Shown here in pieces: positions 28,196 through 42,636 of a stretch of DNA of 64,000 nucleotides. This DNA is from Octopus vulgaris. Its lineage: Eukaryota. The notes below the pieces were generated by a model. That model was not told the DNA's origin and made no database searches. It saw nothing but the letters and a program-made list of their open reading frames with translations. The translations under genes and the position numbers were made by a program. The stretch lies in assembly GCA_951406725.2 (NCBI GenBank), contig OX597837.1, positions 434,001 to 498,000 of the forward strand, written 5' to 3'. Position 1 is the first letter of the stretch; every line of letters begins with the position of its first letter.

Positions 28196-28654
28196 TTAAT
28201 CCGGAAAACTTTTGCTGTAGTGTCATTAATGTAGTGCAGGCATGTGATACATGGCGACGATGAGCACATATTAAATAATGTGGTTCAATTTGTGTTTTTA
28301 TTTTAACAAGAAAATAAAACCATTTAATTATTTGGAAGGATATGTTTATCGTGAATAATATTTGTTCCTAGTTTTCATTTCATTATCCAATGTTTCATGC
28401 CCGGAGTCGTTGACAGGACGAGAATGCAAACCAAACAGACATACGACTGGCTTCATTGAAGTTGCTAGTTTACGTGGAATGTGGATTTGGAACTTGTAAT
28501 CAATGTGTACATTTATGACTGAGGAGCAATCATTATTTATTTTTATGACGGTACTTACTGATTAACTCGGCCCTTCTGTTTGGGGCCTGTTATAGTTAGA
28601 ATATAGAATCGCTTCACGTTGTATCATTTGCATGAGAATTTGTTATATACTATT

Positions 28655-28720
28655 CTTTTATTCTTTCACTTGTCGCTTTTGCCGAACCGCTAAGTTATGG
28701 GGACGTAAACACACTCGCAA

Positions 28721-28763
<43 letters not shown>

Positions 28764-28925
28764 CGATGGGCTTCTTTCAGTTTCCATCTACCAAATCCAC
28801 TCACAAGGCTTTGATTGGCCCAATGCTATAGTAGAAGATAACTGCCCAAAGTGCCACACAGTGGGACTGAACCCAGAAACATGTGGTTAGTAAGCAAGCT
28901 ACTTACCACCCAGCCGCTCTTGCAT
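28655..28925 (-). mobile_element. SINE family A, internally deleted
   Basis: Reverse complement of both halves of 26296-26725. Confidence 0.85.
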
Positions 28926-29264
28926 CGATGCTGGACGATGAAAATTCGTGATTAGCATTGCTCCACTTTCGTTGCCACACTGTACCTGGTTTCTATCGCG
29001 CTCCTACAATTGTCTATTTTTTAACATGGGTTGATTTGTGACATGCAAAACAACTCTTCACAGGTCCCTCATTTATACCTATGTATGAAGAGCCATTTGA
29101 CAGAGTATATCAAATCTTGAGTGCGGAATATCAATTCGGCGTTCCATTTACGACCCACCAAACAAAGAGTTCAATGTATTCACATGCATAAATACATACA
29201 TGCCTCACTATCAATTAACAGAACACACACACACTCGTCTACATACAGAGAGGCGCACAAATAC

Positions 29265-29352
29265 AAACACATGCTCTCATTTATATAAAGAACATACAAA
29301 TACATGCTCTCATTTATATAAAGAACATACAAACATATGCTCTCATTTATAC
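29265..29352. repeat. 33-bp minisatellite, ~2.6 copies
   Basis: atgctctcatttat recurs at 29271, 29304 and 29337. Confidence 0.85.
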
Positions 29353-29529
29353 AAATAGTATATGTGTAACAGAGAGTGAGAGAGAGAAAGAAAGAGAGAG
29401 AGTGAAAGATAGAGAGGAAGTGAGAGAGAGTGAGGCAAAGTAGGAGAGTGAGGGAGCGTGAGGGAGTGTGAGAGGGAGATAGAGGAGTGGGTAGGAATGT
29501 TGTGTGTAAATATATTTTATCTCTTAGTT

Positions 29530-29945
29530 GATACTGTCGTTTGACTGCGGTCATACTGGGGCACCACTTTGAAGCATTTACTCAAACAAATAGCCCTTGA
29601 ACTTATGTATTTTAAAAGTCTGGTACTTACTCGAACGGTCTCTTTCGTAAACAAACAAACACCGGTTGTCAAACACAACTACTAAAACACATATACCTAC
29701 GTTTATATATGTATTCATGTATACATGTCTGTGTGTTACAGTTATGTAAGTATGTATGTTTATGTATGCGCGTGTGTGAGACAGGCTTCCAGACGGTTTC
29801 CGTCTACCAAATTCCCTCTCAAGGTCTCATTGGTCTGCGAAAGGCCATAGTTGAAGACACTCGCCCAAAGTGCTGTGGAGTGGGAGCGAAGCCCTAAGAA
29901 ACGCGGTTGCAAAGCGAGCATCTTGACCACATAACCATCCCTGGG
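29530..29945 (-). mobile_element. Old SINE family A copy
   Basis: ttgactgcggtcatactggggcacc and gtttccgtctaccaaatt...gaagacactcgcccaaagtgc. Confidence 0.7.
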
Positions 29946-30077
29946 GTCATGTATAAATACTTAGATACATACATGCAAGTGTGTGTGTGTGTGTTGTATG
30001 ACGTCATGCAAAAGATTACGGTTGCGATAGATAAATATATCACTTCCTTATATATGTACACACACACACACACACAC

Positions 30078-30376
<299 letters not shown>

Positions 30377-31139
30377 CAGATGTCATGATCAAAAAGTCCT
30401 ATAGTAGAAATTGTATAAAGTGTGTATAAATTTGTGTGTTTGTATTTATAGTTAAGTGTGTGTATATTTGTGAAGTTCTCCGAGACGTCAATGCGGTAGG
30501 TGGGAGTGGTAGATGATAATCAAGGCAACAACATTTGCGCAGCGGGCGCGCGTGTGTGGACGTTCGGTGCTTGAGTGTGTGCGTGTGCGTACAGGCTGCT
30601 GTTGATGGTGTTGTTATAAGAATGCCTTCTGTGTGTTTGTATGTGTGTGCATGTGTGTGTACGTGTGCTTGTGTGTATTTGATAGTGAATAAATATATGT
30701 GTGTATTCATATATTGGTGTCTACGCAAATTCGCGATTTTGTGTTTCCATACATTTTTTAGTTGTGAGAAGAATCGGCTGAAGGTAAAAGGGAAATATAC
30801 ATACAGGTAGACATGTATCTGTATATATATATATATATATATCAAATATATATATATACATATATATATATATATGCATGTATATATATATATATATATA
30901 TACACACAAACGCACGCATATAGACATATATGTGTGTGTGTGTCTCGTTTAAGACACGTGCTTAAGCGCACATGCCTAGAAATGTAAACACCAAAAAATT
31001 CACAAAAAAGAAATTCTTTGGGAAAGTACCAACAGGTGAACATAGTCACTATTATCCACCTCTCACATTCCCTTCCTCCACCCCTCCCCCTCCTCCTCTC
31101 CCTTGTCGTCATCTTGATCGCTGCCAATGTCGACGTCTT

Positions 31140-31170
<31 letters not shown>

Positions 31171-31194
31171 AACTACTACTACTACAACTACTAA

Positions 31195-31227
<33 letters not shown>

Positions 31228-31363
31228 CACTACTGTCATATTCATATATCGTAACTACCTTCACCTCTCTCGACTTCGAATTCGCCTCTTATCTTACCTT
31301 CACCTGTACAGCATCTCATTCCTCGTATACTTGGGCTGCTAACTCTTTCTCTCTATCTCTCTA

Positions 31364-31396
<33 letters not shown>

Positions 31397-31529
31397 TGCT
31401 CTCGCACGCGCTCACGCACAGTTATACATGTACGCACATGCAATATCATATATAAGCATATACACCTTATATGTAAATATTTTGCATATACATATACGCA
31501 CACGTAAATATATATTTATACACATGCGT

Positions 31530-31569
<40 letters not shown>

Positions 31570-31926
31570 GTATGTATGAATATATATATATGTATATAAT
31601 TGTGTATGTGTGTGTATGCGCGAGTGTGTGTATGCGCGAGTGTGTCTAAATTTCATTACTGTAACATTTTTTGCAGTCGTTCTCGTCTTATATAGATGTG
31701 GTTTGCATTTTATTATTAAGATTATTATTATCATTATTATTTTTGTTGTTGTTGTTGCTGTCGTCGTTGTTGTTGTTGTTCTTAATGTATTTCTTTTGAC
31801 GCAAATAAATTCATGGACAAATAAAACAAGTTTGCCAAATGAAAACATTCACTCCCTCCCTTCCACGCATACGCACATACGCAAATACACACATACATAC
31901 GTACGTACATACACCCATCCTAACGT

Positions 31927-31962
<36 letters not shown>

Positions 31963-32048
31963 GTGTGAGTTTGTCTTGGAATATAGCTATATTCTATAAA
32001 ATTGAAAGAAACAGTGAGATTTTATACTTATATATAGTCTTATAATTT

Positions 32049-32151
<103 letters not shown>

Positions 32152-32341
32152 GTGTGTGTGTGTGTGTGTGTGTGCAAGAATGAAATAACACTGCGGTAAA
32201 ATACACGACGAATGCGAGTTAAAAACAGTGAAGAAGTCGCCATCTTTATTTTATCGTATAATTGTATTTGACGACCTCTAAACATTCTTCGGTGAAAATA
32301 TTATATTTTGTTCGGAGCAATTACACGCACACACAAACGCT

Positions 32342-32400
<59 letters not shown>

Positions 32401-32599
32401 CACACATACATAAATGTATGCATACATCATTACATATGTTAATCCAAGCATACAAATAAACATATAAATGTACATTCATACATGCATACACTCATGCCTA
32501 CATGTAAGCGCTCTCTTTTTTATACACACTTGTTACACACTCTCTCTCTCTCTCACACACGCACACACACACACACACACACACTCATACTCACACATA

Positions 32600-32792
32600 T
32601 ATTGGGAGAATTTACAAAAAAACAAAAGACGAAGGCAGATGGTGTAGACAACAAACAGATGTATTAGTATAACGCTCGGGAAGTGAAAAAGTCTTTAACG
32701 TTTCGAGCCTACGCTCTTCCACAGAAAGGAACACAGAAAGAAACAAGGAGAGAAGATAAAGAATGTGTAGTGACTAGCGATCTATCACGGCG
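32600..32792 (-). mobile_element. PLE 3' terminal fragment
   Basis: Close match to 42895-43082 and reverse complement of 925-1070. Confidence 0.85.
32691..32729 (-). ncRNA. Minimal hammerhead, CUGUGGA variant
   Basis: Minus: CUUU-CUGUGGA-A-GAGC(GUAG)GCUC-GAAA-CGUU-AAAG. Confidence 0.7.
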
Positions 32793-32989
32793 ATAGATTT
32801 TCGGCACCTGAAGAATTATCTTCTTCCTTAAGCCTATAATGCGGGAATGTAAAGAGCATAAAACACGGGTTGAGCCCTGCTTTATATCCCAACTTTCTAC
32901 CCTCACTTGACTATATACATGTATATTTTTATGCATATATATCCATCCATCCATCCATCCATCCATCCATCCATCCATTCATACATACA

Positions 32990-33385
32990 TGCAACCGAGC
33001 CGAAAATGTGAATTATGTTAAAATTTCTGCGGATAACATCACACTTGTAATTAGCAGCTACCCAAAAATTTCATAAAGGTATTACCTCCCTACGCGACAC
33101 GACGTCGTTGTTGTAAAACTAATATCCAACGCCTTCCGGAAAAAAGACTGCCCTGAAATAAATACAGAGAATTCTGCCCAGATATGAGCACGTGTCAAGT
33201 GTAAGTATAACAGGTCGGATATTGTTATTTGGGACCGACAAGAAAAAGTATGTACCGTTATAGAGGTCAGTTGTCCTGCTGATGTGAATATATCTTTGAA
33301 AAATCAAAGAGAAAGAGGTAAACTATAGACAACCGCTTCAAAACCTCCAGCTTCTGTATCCAAGTTATAATTTCACATTTAAATG
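32990..33385 (+). pseudogene. R4/Dong-like non-LTR restriction-like endonuclease fragment
   Basis: ISSYPKIS*RYYLPTRHD and KYNRSDIVIWDRQEKVCTVIEVSCPADVNI (RHD motif and PD-(D/E)xK-type region). Confidence 0.75.
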
Positions 33386-33867
33386 AATAAAAATTGATGC
33401 ATACACATACATTCTTACATTTTCCTTGTTTCTGCCTTTCTCTGTCTCTCTTGTTTACTCTTGTGGGTTCAAGGTCCATGTGAATTCTTGCTAGGGAAGA
33501 AGAAGAAGAAGAAGAAGAAGAAGAAGAAGAAGAAGAAGAAGAAGGAGGAGGAGGGGGAGAAGGGGAGGGAGAATTTGGGATTGCCTTGATTGTCGTTGGT
33601 CAGTGGTTGCTAGCAGTTCCTGCCGTTCAATTCATGAAAATATTTCTATTGAAAGGTTTGTTTATAGAATTTGCGTAGGTGTTATACTAAAAAACATTAG
33701 TGATAAAGTTAGGAAGAAGAGGAGGGAGGAGAAGAAGAAGAAGAAGAAGAAGAAGAAGAAGAAGAAGAAGAAGAAGAAGAAGAAGAAGAAGAAGAAGAAG
33801 AAGAAGAAGAAGAAGAAAAAGATGAGAATGGATTCTTAGGAATGTAATATTTGCGTGTGTATTTGTG

Positions 33868-35355
33868 TTATTCTAAACGCGAGGTGGATGTATCGTTTGT
33901 CGTAGATGCGTTCAGAAGGGGCCTATATTTTGTAATAAAGAGAGTTTCTTTACTTAATCGTTGGCTCGGGGTTGTATCGTCCCTGAATTGGTAGAGGGGG
34001 AAAATCCTGAAACTTGGAGTTTTGTTGTTGGCGCAAATATCTATGTGTTGGCTGAATGCTATTTTTCTGTTCTGGGGAATTTTTATCTGGGATCTGTGCA
34101 GGGCCATTCTTCTACGTAAACTATTTTTTTGTTTGGCCTATGTATTGCTCTTGACACCCAGAGCAGGTTAGTGTGAATACAAGGGTCTCCGAAGCACATG
34201 TGAAGTTGCTTTTCACTGTGAACCGTTGTCCCTGTTTGAAGGAGAACTCTGATCCCTCAATTAGATAATCGCATATCCCGCAATTGGGTTTTCCACATTT
34301 TTTTACTGTCGGCTTCTGTGTTGATGAGCGTATTCGGGCTTGTGTTAGGAGACTTTTCATGGATTTGGGCTGTCTCTTGCTTTTTATGATCGTGTGTGTT
34401 TGGAGGATTAAGTTCATTCTGTGGTCTTTTTGTAGCAGGGGTATGTTTTGGAGGATGGTGTCGAAGGCTTCATTGTTGAGAGGGTTGTGTGTGGAGATGT
34501 ATGGTAAGGCTTTTGGTCGTAAATTTTTCTTTAATTTGGGATGTCTGAGTTCCTGGATGTTGAGTTGGCGGGCACGTTGAATGCATATGTCAATTAGTGA
34601 AGGTGGGTAGTTCCTGGTGATGAGGGTATCTTTTAGTTCACGTAGTCGTGTGTTTCTGGTGTTTGCACTAGATTGAAGGGGATATTCATTCTGGTGTGTC
34701 TGGGGTGGCATGAATTGAAAGGAAGATATTGCTTAGAACCCGTAGGCTTGTAGTATATATCTATTTCTATTACATTATTAGATTTATTAATGAGGATATC
34801 GAGGAAGGGGAGTTGTTGCTGGCTATATTCCATCGTGAATTGGATGTTTACGTCCAGTCCATTTAAAATTGCTTGGAATTCTTTAAGTTTCTCTATATTT
34901 TCATGCCAAAGAATGAAACAGTCATCTAGGTATCTCTTCCATTTGTTTTCTATGTAGAGGGAGAAAGGGCTACCATATCTTTCTAGAACCTTACGATACA
35001 GACTGATTTCTAGATATCCCATGACTAGGTTGGCAAAGGAGGGGGCCATTCGCGTACCCATCGCAGTCCCCGATTTTTGACGGTAGAAGTTCTCTTTGAA
35101 GGCGAAGAAGTTATTTTCCAGGATGAATTTAACCCCTTCTATCACGAATTCTTTTTTGATGCGATGTGGGAGTTCGTTGGCGTGATTCTCCAGCCAGAAT
35201 TGAATTGCCTCTATTCCTAGGTTGTGGGGGATATTGGAATAGAGGTTGACTACATTGAAGGATACTAGTAGGGTGTTTTTGTTTATAGTATTAGGTAGGT
35301 GATTGAGCATATCCAGGTCGTCCCTTATATAGCTTTTGACATATTTGAGGAGTGG

Positions 35356-35360
<5 letters not shown>
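33868..35360 (-). pseudogene. PLE RT + GIY-YIG, 5'-truncated and frameshifted (second Neptune-type family)
   Basis: LVSFNVVNLYSNIP, GTAMGTRMAPSFANL, RYLDD, PFLD, YYKPT, CGKPNCGIC, FTCAS..C..C..QYIGQT, KETLFITKYRPLLN. Confidence 0.92.
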
Positions 35361-35398
<38 letters not shown>

Positions 35399-35473
35399 TA
35401 TATATATATATATATACACAAATAAATGAAAGAATGGAGTTGAACGACGAATTAACAAAATTCCTTTATTTTA

Positions 35474-35548
35474 TTTTCGACATGTTTCGAAGGCTGCATA
35501 TTCCTAATTCCGAAGGGGTTGCATTATGCCGCCTTCTCATCAGGAAAA
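35474..35548 (-). ncRNA. Type I hammerhead, canonical core, extended helix II
   Basis: Minus: UUUUC-CUGAUGA-GAAGGC.GCAUA...UAUGC.GCCUUC-GAAA-CAUGUC-GAAAA; predicted cleavage after C35479. Confidence 0.88.
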
Positions 35549-36127
35549 GTAAGGAACTTATGTCAGCATCAAGATGCACAAAAACTTTTAGATGACTGCC
35601 CACACGGAGCCCATAGCGATAATGACTGTTTCTTTAAAATATTCCGTTATAAGCAGTGACGTCAAAAATGGTTGAATGTAGAAGATTCTAGAAGGTTCAA
35701 GGGTTCAAGCAAGGTTGGAGGAGAGAGACCTAAGAATAGGAAGGTAAAAGGGTGCAGGTCAAATGAATGGTGATTTTGTTGTTTTCTTTTGTGAATGAGT
35801 GCCTAAGTGTGTGTATGTATATAACTGCATTAATGGCTATGTGTGTGTATGTGTGTGCGTGATTGTGTGTGTGGTTGGGTAGATGCCAAAAACAGACAGT
35901 GGTGAAGTGACAGGTTTGTGTCTGTGTGTTTGATTGTGCTTACGATAGAGAGAGGGAAAGGGAGAGAGAGAGAGAGAGAGAAGGGCGAGTTAGAGAGACA
36001 AAGGTAAAACGCACCTCAATGGGTTGGGTAGTAGTCCTTTAAGAGTATAAAAATTGACTATGGGGGTGATATATAAATGGGACTATATTATTAAAATTCA
36101 AGGAGGTTATCTATATTAATCATTATT

Positions 36128-36199
<72 letters not shown>

Positions 36200-36235
36200 C
36201 GTATGTATATATATTGACCGTAAACACCGCTATCC

Positions 36236-37170
36236 ATGCACACTAAGTTTTAACGTTCTAGCTCCCTTCTGTGGTTTACAGCAGTGCTTGGAAGGAACGT
36301 GTGTAGCGTGATGACAGAGAAAGTTGATCAGAGCATCTGCATCAAGTTTTACCATCTACTCGCAATACCAGAGGGCGCACACTCTCCTACCCTGATGTAA
36401 TCTCCAGGGATACAAGCATCCAGCAACAGGACCTCCGTAATGCTATGATGGACCGTGAAGTCTGGCGTAACATAGTAAATTCCATTGTCTCGACCACGGT
36501 CAAACAATGATGATGATGAAGTTTTACCAAAAGTTCAGAGGCCTATGCAAAGTTTTCAAAAAGTTTTCATCGTTCTCGACACAATCAAGATCTTGTGCAA
36601 CTGAAACTCGAGTGTTTTTTGGGTCAGCTGAAAGCAGTTTTATCACAAACTTAGCAGACATGTGTCTGAAGCTCAAATCGACAGTGATAATGGACTGAAT
36701 TGAACCGTAACTAATCTGCACACCCTCTGATAACTCACGGATGATTATTCTACGATTTCCCTCACAGTTGCACGCACAACTACGATGTTTTTCTCAGTTC
36801 TGCTGGTTGCGGGTCTCCCAGAATGTTCGTCAATATCGACATTTTGCCGGCCATCTTGGAAACGTCTGAACCACTCGTACAATTGTTTGCGGCTCATACA
36901 CTCCTCTCCATACACTTTCTGCAACTCTGCGTCAATATCTGAGCAGCTATCGCCATGACAACTTTCTCTGTCATGGTCATTGCGACGATCACACGCTACA
37001 CACATTCCTCCCAAGCCCTGCTGTAAATAGCGGAAGTAAGCTAGTGCCTTAAAACTTAATGCGCATGCACAACAGATTTCGGGGTCAATCTGTGTCAAGC
37101 GGCTTTACTCTGCGTGCTTTAGCTTCGTTCCTATGGCAGCAGTCCGAATACTTATTGATCATACTTCGTA
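36236..37170 (-). mobile_element. mariner relic: 5' half on minus strand plus an inverted second 5' end on plus strand
   Basis: VYGEECMSRKQLYEWFRRFQDGR..DEHSGRP, ISYGSIQSII, SAKFV; TIR tacgaagtatgatcaataagtattcggact at 37141-37170; 36236-36311 resembles reverse complement of 36988-37070. Confidence 0.85.
36355..36518 (+). mobile_element. 5'-truncated RTE-type LINE 3' end nested in the mariner
   Basis: Near-identical to 52618-52782, (TGA)n tail, 11-bp TSD aagttttacca at 36344-36354 and 36519-36529. Confidence 0.92.
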
Positions 37171-37569
37171 TACGCACACACACATATAGAAGTAATGTTT
37201 ATCACCACTTACACATAGCTGTTTCGTAGGATGCACCAGGAGGACGCCTCCTCAAGCTGGTTATTCGATGCAATCTACAGCCGATATATATTGCAAGCAA
37301 GGGAGTGAACCCCTACCATCTTCCAGCTTCGAGACCACCAGACCGTATCGTTTCGACTTCTTTGTGCTCATCCTCGGTGGTGCACACACGTCCACTAGAG
37401 ATAGCAGCAATTCGCTCGTAATATACAGAATATAAGTGACACGGCGATAAATATTACTTCTCAGAACGGCAACTGCTTTCATCTCTTATAAAGATTTTCT
37501 AACTTGCTAATTTGCATATATTTATACATATCTACATATTCATGTGTTCATTAATTCATAAATGTAGGT

Positions 37570-37910
37570 AGTGGGGCTCCGAAAGGGGTCTCGGGGAGTA
37601 GCGTCCCTGCCTTCCTGAGCTAGATTTCCACCACATTTCTGAAAAATCATGGCAGAGGCCTTGGTCTCCCCCACATTGCTAGGAACTGAGGTTGGGGTTA
37701 AGCAAGGGCATGCTCTCCGCATAAAATCAAGCTTCAAAAAAGCAAAGAGATAGCAAAGGTGAATGGGCACCAGCCAGCCCAAAGGTTGGGGTAGGCTGTA
37801 CCTGCCTAGCTTGGTTGCTATGGCATTGAGGTAGATCCGGCCACCCCTGTTAACGGGGACAAAAACCGGATTTAATGCACTTGATGATGATGATGATGAT
37901 GATAATGATG
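37570..37910 (+). mobile_element. Short non-coding retroelement with (GAT)n tail, RTE-derived
   Basis: GC-richer unit, aagggcatgctc...taaaat motif, ends in (gat)n like RTE tails. Confidence 0.55.
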
Positions 37911-38122
37911 AAATACAAGCATTCAACGCCTAGTTTTATTTAGTACAACAGCTATGTGTTTCTAAATAAGTGCAGGGACGTGTGTGTGTGCGCGCGCGCG
38001 AGTATGTGTCTGCGTGCGTATGTGTGTGTACGTGTGTTTAAATATTTATTTTTACATATATGTGCCTCTGGCCTATATTTGTGACGAGTACACCCCTCTC
38101 TCTATCACTCAAATTCTCTATC

Positions 38123-38165
<43 letters not shown>

Positions 38166-38607
38166 CATAAATACATATGTGTACATGTGCTTTTAAGTGT
38201 ATGTTGTGCATGTGCTACACATGTAGGCATGGGTGTATCTCTACACTTTTATGTAGGCATGGTGTAGGTATATAACAAACTTACACGAGCATTATATATC
38301 CTTGTGCTTGTATATAGAAGTAAATACATATGTGTATATGTATATTTATGGACGTGTGTTTCAGTATGTATGTGGTTATGCATAGGTCTAGTGTAGATAA
38401 GCGTTTCTGCGCATTGAAGATAAATGAAACTTGGTACGATTCACCGATTGTTTTAGAAAATGTCTTCCCATTTTAACGAAGAGACAGGAACACACACACA
38501 CACGCACACACACATGCACACACACACTAGCACACACACGAATACATATATAAATGTATGTAGGCATATGTTTATATACAAGCATAGTTACATTTGCATA
38601 CACACAT

Positions 38608-38659
<52 letters not shown>

Positions 38660-38789
38660 TTATATATACACACATATATACATACATACATACATACATT
38701 CATACATATATATATATATGTGTGTGTGTGTCTGTATGTATGTATACTTATTTCCTGCCTGGTTACATGTATACATACATGGGTGCACT

Positions 38790-38839
<50 letters not shown>

Positions 38840-39396
38840 TATATACATATATATATATATTTGTATCTTGTATGCGTGTGGGTGTGGGTGTGTGGGGGGA
38901 TGTGTGAGTGTGTAGAGACATTCATACATACATACATACATACATACATACATACATACATACATGTGTTCAAGTACGAGGCTAAAAGCATCATCGAACG
39001 ACAAGTGTTTCGTTGGAACATTGCAGTTTGTGAAATGGCGGCCATGAAACGTGTGCTAGGTCGGCCATTAGACGCTAACAACCTTCGACATGTCTTTCAG
39101 AGCCATGTTTGCTAGCAACAAACGAAAGACTAAAAGTAATTTAGCCAGATACTTTTGTATCCTTTTAGGTTTCCCCCCTGTGTAAACATAAAACCAAGTG
39201 CTGCGGAGGAATTAGTACTAGAAAAGATAGCAACATAACTGTATGTGTGTGTGTCTGTGTGCACGTGTGTATATGTGTGTGTGCACGTGTATATATATAT
39301 ATGTGTGTGTGTGTGTATATATATATGCACATATTTATGTATGCATGTATGTATGCATATATATATATATGTGCGTCACTAGACGTATGTCTATCA

Positions 39397-39455
<59 letters not shown>

Positions 39456-39488
39456 CATCTCTCTCGCACACACTCTCTCTCTCTGTAT

Positions 39489-39524
<36 letters not shown>

Positions 39525-39582
39525 TCACTCTCTCACACACCCAGATATGCCATACACACACACGCACAGACACACACACACA

Positions 39583-39645
<63 letters not shown>

Positions 39646-39806
39646 CAGCTAGATTTTTGTATACATATTTACATGCACTGTGTGAGTGTGTGTATATGTG
39701 TGTATATGTGTGAGTGTGTGCGTGTTTATTTGTCTTGCGAAAGGTAGAATATCATTAGCTAATGCGTAAATATACACATGCATAGACAACCATACAAACA
39801 CACTCA

Positions 39807-39863
<57 letters not shown>

Positions 39864-40004
39864 TCGCATGCACAAACTGAAGATATAGACACACATATAT
39901 ACACATGCAAATAAAGACACAGTAATATATACGCCTTAGTTTAAGTGTGTGTGGGTATGTGCATCTTTCTGGACACTTCAGGAGCCGCATACAATTTTCA
40001 TATG

Positions 40005-40064
<60 letters not shown>

Positions 40065-40147
40065 GTGTGTTTGTATGTGTGTGTGTGTATACATACATAC
40101 ATACATACATACATGCAAACACACACTCACACACACACGTATTCATA

Positions 40148-40195
<48 letters not shown>

Positions 40196-40206
40196 TCACA
40201 CGCATT

Positions 40207-40255
<49 letters not shown>

Positions 40256-40274
40256 ATGTGTGTGTATACATACA

Positions 40275-40680
40275 TGTGGTCGCTATATCCTCGTTATCGA
40301 GTATGGCCATTGCACGAAGCTTAATCAATGTTGTTATCATGCAATGCCTGTGCAAGAAGATTTTTTTTAAAGTGAGGAAAGGCTGTGCACTGAGTCAATC
40401 CCACTCATTAAGCAACAGCAGCCATAATCCGAAAAGAAGAACAAGTCAACATCATCGGTAACCACTAAGCCGCAGGTTTTATGTCGGAGTCATCCCAGTT
40501 ACCTGAGTTACCTTCTTCTAGAATGATGTCCTAACAAAGGCTAGGAGTACTTCACTCCCAATGGTTTTACCGCGCGATCGGGTATTCAGTCCGATTATTT
40601 CTATGTCCCTGCACATGATACAGCCTTAAGACATTTATTGGATGGCCGTTGACTCTCAAGATTTCCTCCGCCCTTTGAGG
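40275..40680 (-). mobile_element. Probable RTE-type LINE 5' UTR fragment flanked by a direct duplication
   Basis: Minus ctagaagaaggtaactc...taaaacct motif; 40092-40235 repeated at 40685-40858. Confidence 0.4.
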
Positions 40681-40741
40681 CATATACATACATACATACA
40701 TACATGCAAACACACACTCACACACACACGCATTCATACAT

Positions 40742-40812
<71 letters not shown>

Positions 40813-40906
40813 CAGACACTCACACGCATTGGTAAATATATATATATATATATATATATTACTGATACGTATATACATATATACCTACATACCTGCATAT
40901 ACATGC

Positions 40907-40947
<41 letters not shown>

Positions 40948-41168
40948 CTCGTTTTTTTCTTTCTCTCTCTCTCTGTGCATCAAGATACCCCCACACACTC
41001 GCACTCCCACATCCACGCATGTGTACTCAGTCAAACGCTACCTATTCGGAAGAAATTGAGAAAATATACAAAAATAAAGAGATTGTGTCAAAGTTAATTT
41101 AATCAGACCAGTCAGACTTTAATGAAAATTGTTTTAAAACCTTTCAGGATTTGCTACTAAAATAATAC

Positions 41169-41203
<35 letters not shown>

Positions 41204-41224
41204 GCAAACACACACATATAGACA

Positions 41225-41317
<93 letters not shown>

Positions 41318-41396
41318 GTATATATATATATATATATTATATATATATATGTATATATACATATAAACATACACATACATGTATACACACATATAT

Positions 41397-41443
<47 letters not shown>

Positions 41444-41601
41444 TATATATATGCGTATGTATACACATATAACTAAAAATGTATTGACATGTACATCTGC
41501 TTACATATGAACAGATCTCTCTCTCTCTCTCTCTCTCTCTGTACACACAGACATGTATTCACTCACACACACACACATACACTCATGCATCTATCTATCT
41601 A

Positions 41602-41682
<81 letters not shown>

Positions 41683-42289
41683 GTGTGTGTGTGTTAATTT
41701 TAAAGAATAAAGACAGTGAAAAAACGACGCTTAAACTTTCACAGGATATTCGTATGATATATTTATATATATGCAAACACGTATGTATTTATGCACACAC
41801 AAATACACACTCGCACACAAACAGACACACACATACACACACAGAGACACATGCACCCACATATATGCATATGAATGCATACATATAGATATATTTCTGT
41901 GTGTGTGCGTGTGTATGTGTATACAGGTATCTTTATATATCCAGGTATGTCACCGCATGGCCTGAGGCAAGCAGAATCTCTTACCCCAAAATTTGCTCTT
42001 TAGGGATCAAGTAGGGTTCCATCCAACAAGGGGAAAATGTCCAGGGTCTCTGCTTCACAAATAACGGGTCTCTCATCCTCAATGTTAAGGTGGCACCGAC
42101 ATTTGCTCGGGCCATGACTTAATATCACTAAGAAGGCATGGTCAGCAGAAGACTACAAACATGCAGGTAACTCTCCTCTCCTGTCTCAACTTCCGTAAAG
42201 CGAAGTGGAAAGGTATTGAGGTAGAGGCAGTGGAACAAAACTGGTCTTTCAGTCTCTCTACGCAAGATATTCTTTTCTACACTAGGCAA

Positions 42290-42636
42290 AAGGCCCGAAA
42301 TTTTTGGGGAGGAGGCCAGTCGATTAGATCGACCCCAGTACAAAACTGGTACTTAATTTTCTCGATCCGAAAGGATGAAAAGCAAGGTCAACCTCGGCGG
42401 AATTTGAACTCAGAACGTAGTAGGCGCTAAACACAGAGGGAGCAAACAAGGACAGACAAACGGATTAAGTCGATTACATCGACCTCAATGCGTAACTGAT
42501 ACTTAATTTATCGACCCCGAAAGGATGAAAGGCAAAGTCGACCTCGGCGAAATTTGAACTCAGAACGTAATGGCAGACGAAATACAGCTACGCATTTCGC
42601 CTGGCGTGCTAACGTTTCTGCCAGCTCGCCGCCTTA
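42290..42636 (-). mobile_element. SINE family C, two nested or tandem copies
   Basis: Minus ggcggcgagctggcagaa...gagttcaaat...gaggtcgactttgcctttcatcctttcggggtcgataaattaagta; module occurs twice; weaker copies near 7645-7735 and 45535-45600. Confidence 0.8.

Noticed and set aside
28245-28262. aca-tggcgacga as an LTR end plus primer binding site
   Set aside because: No second LTR or gag/pol remnant visible
37215-37260. gaaacagct motifs on the minus strand (also near 46720-46745) as hammerheads
   Set aside because: Only half of the core is recognisable
39158-39237. Possible terminal exon FPPCVNIKPSAAEELVLEKIAT
   Set aside because: Only an acceptor-like site; too short and unsupported
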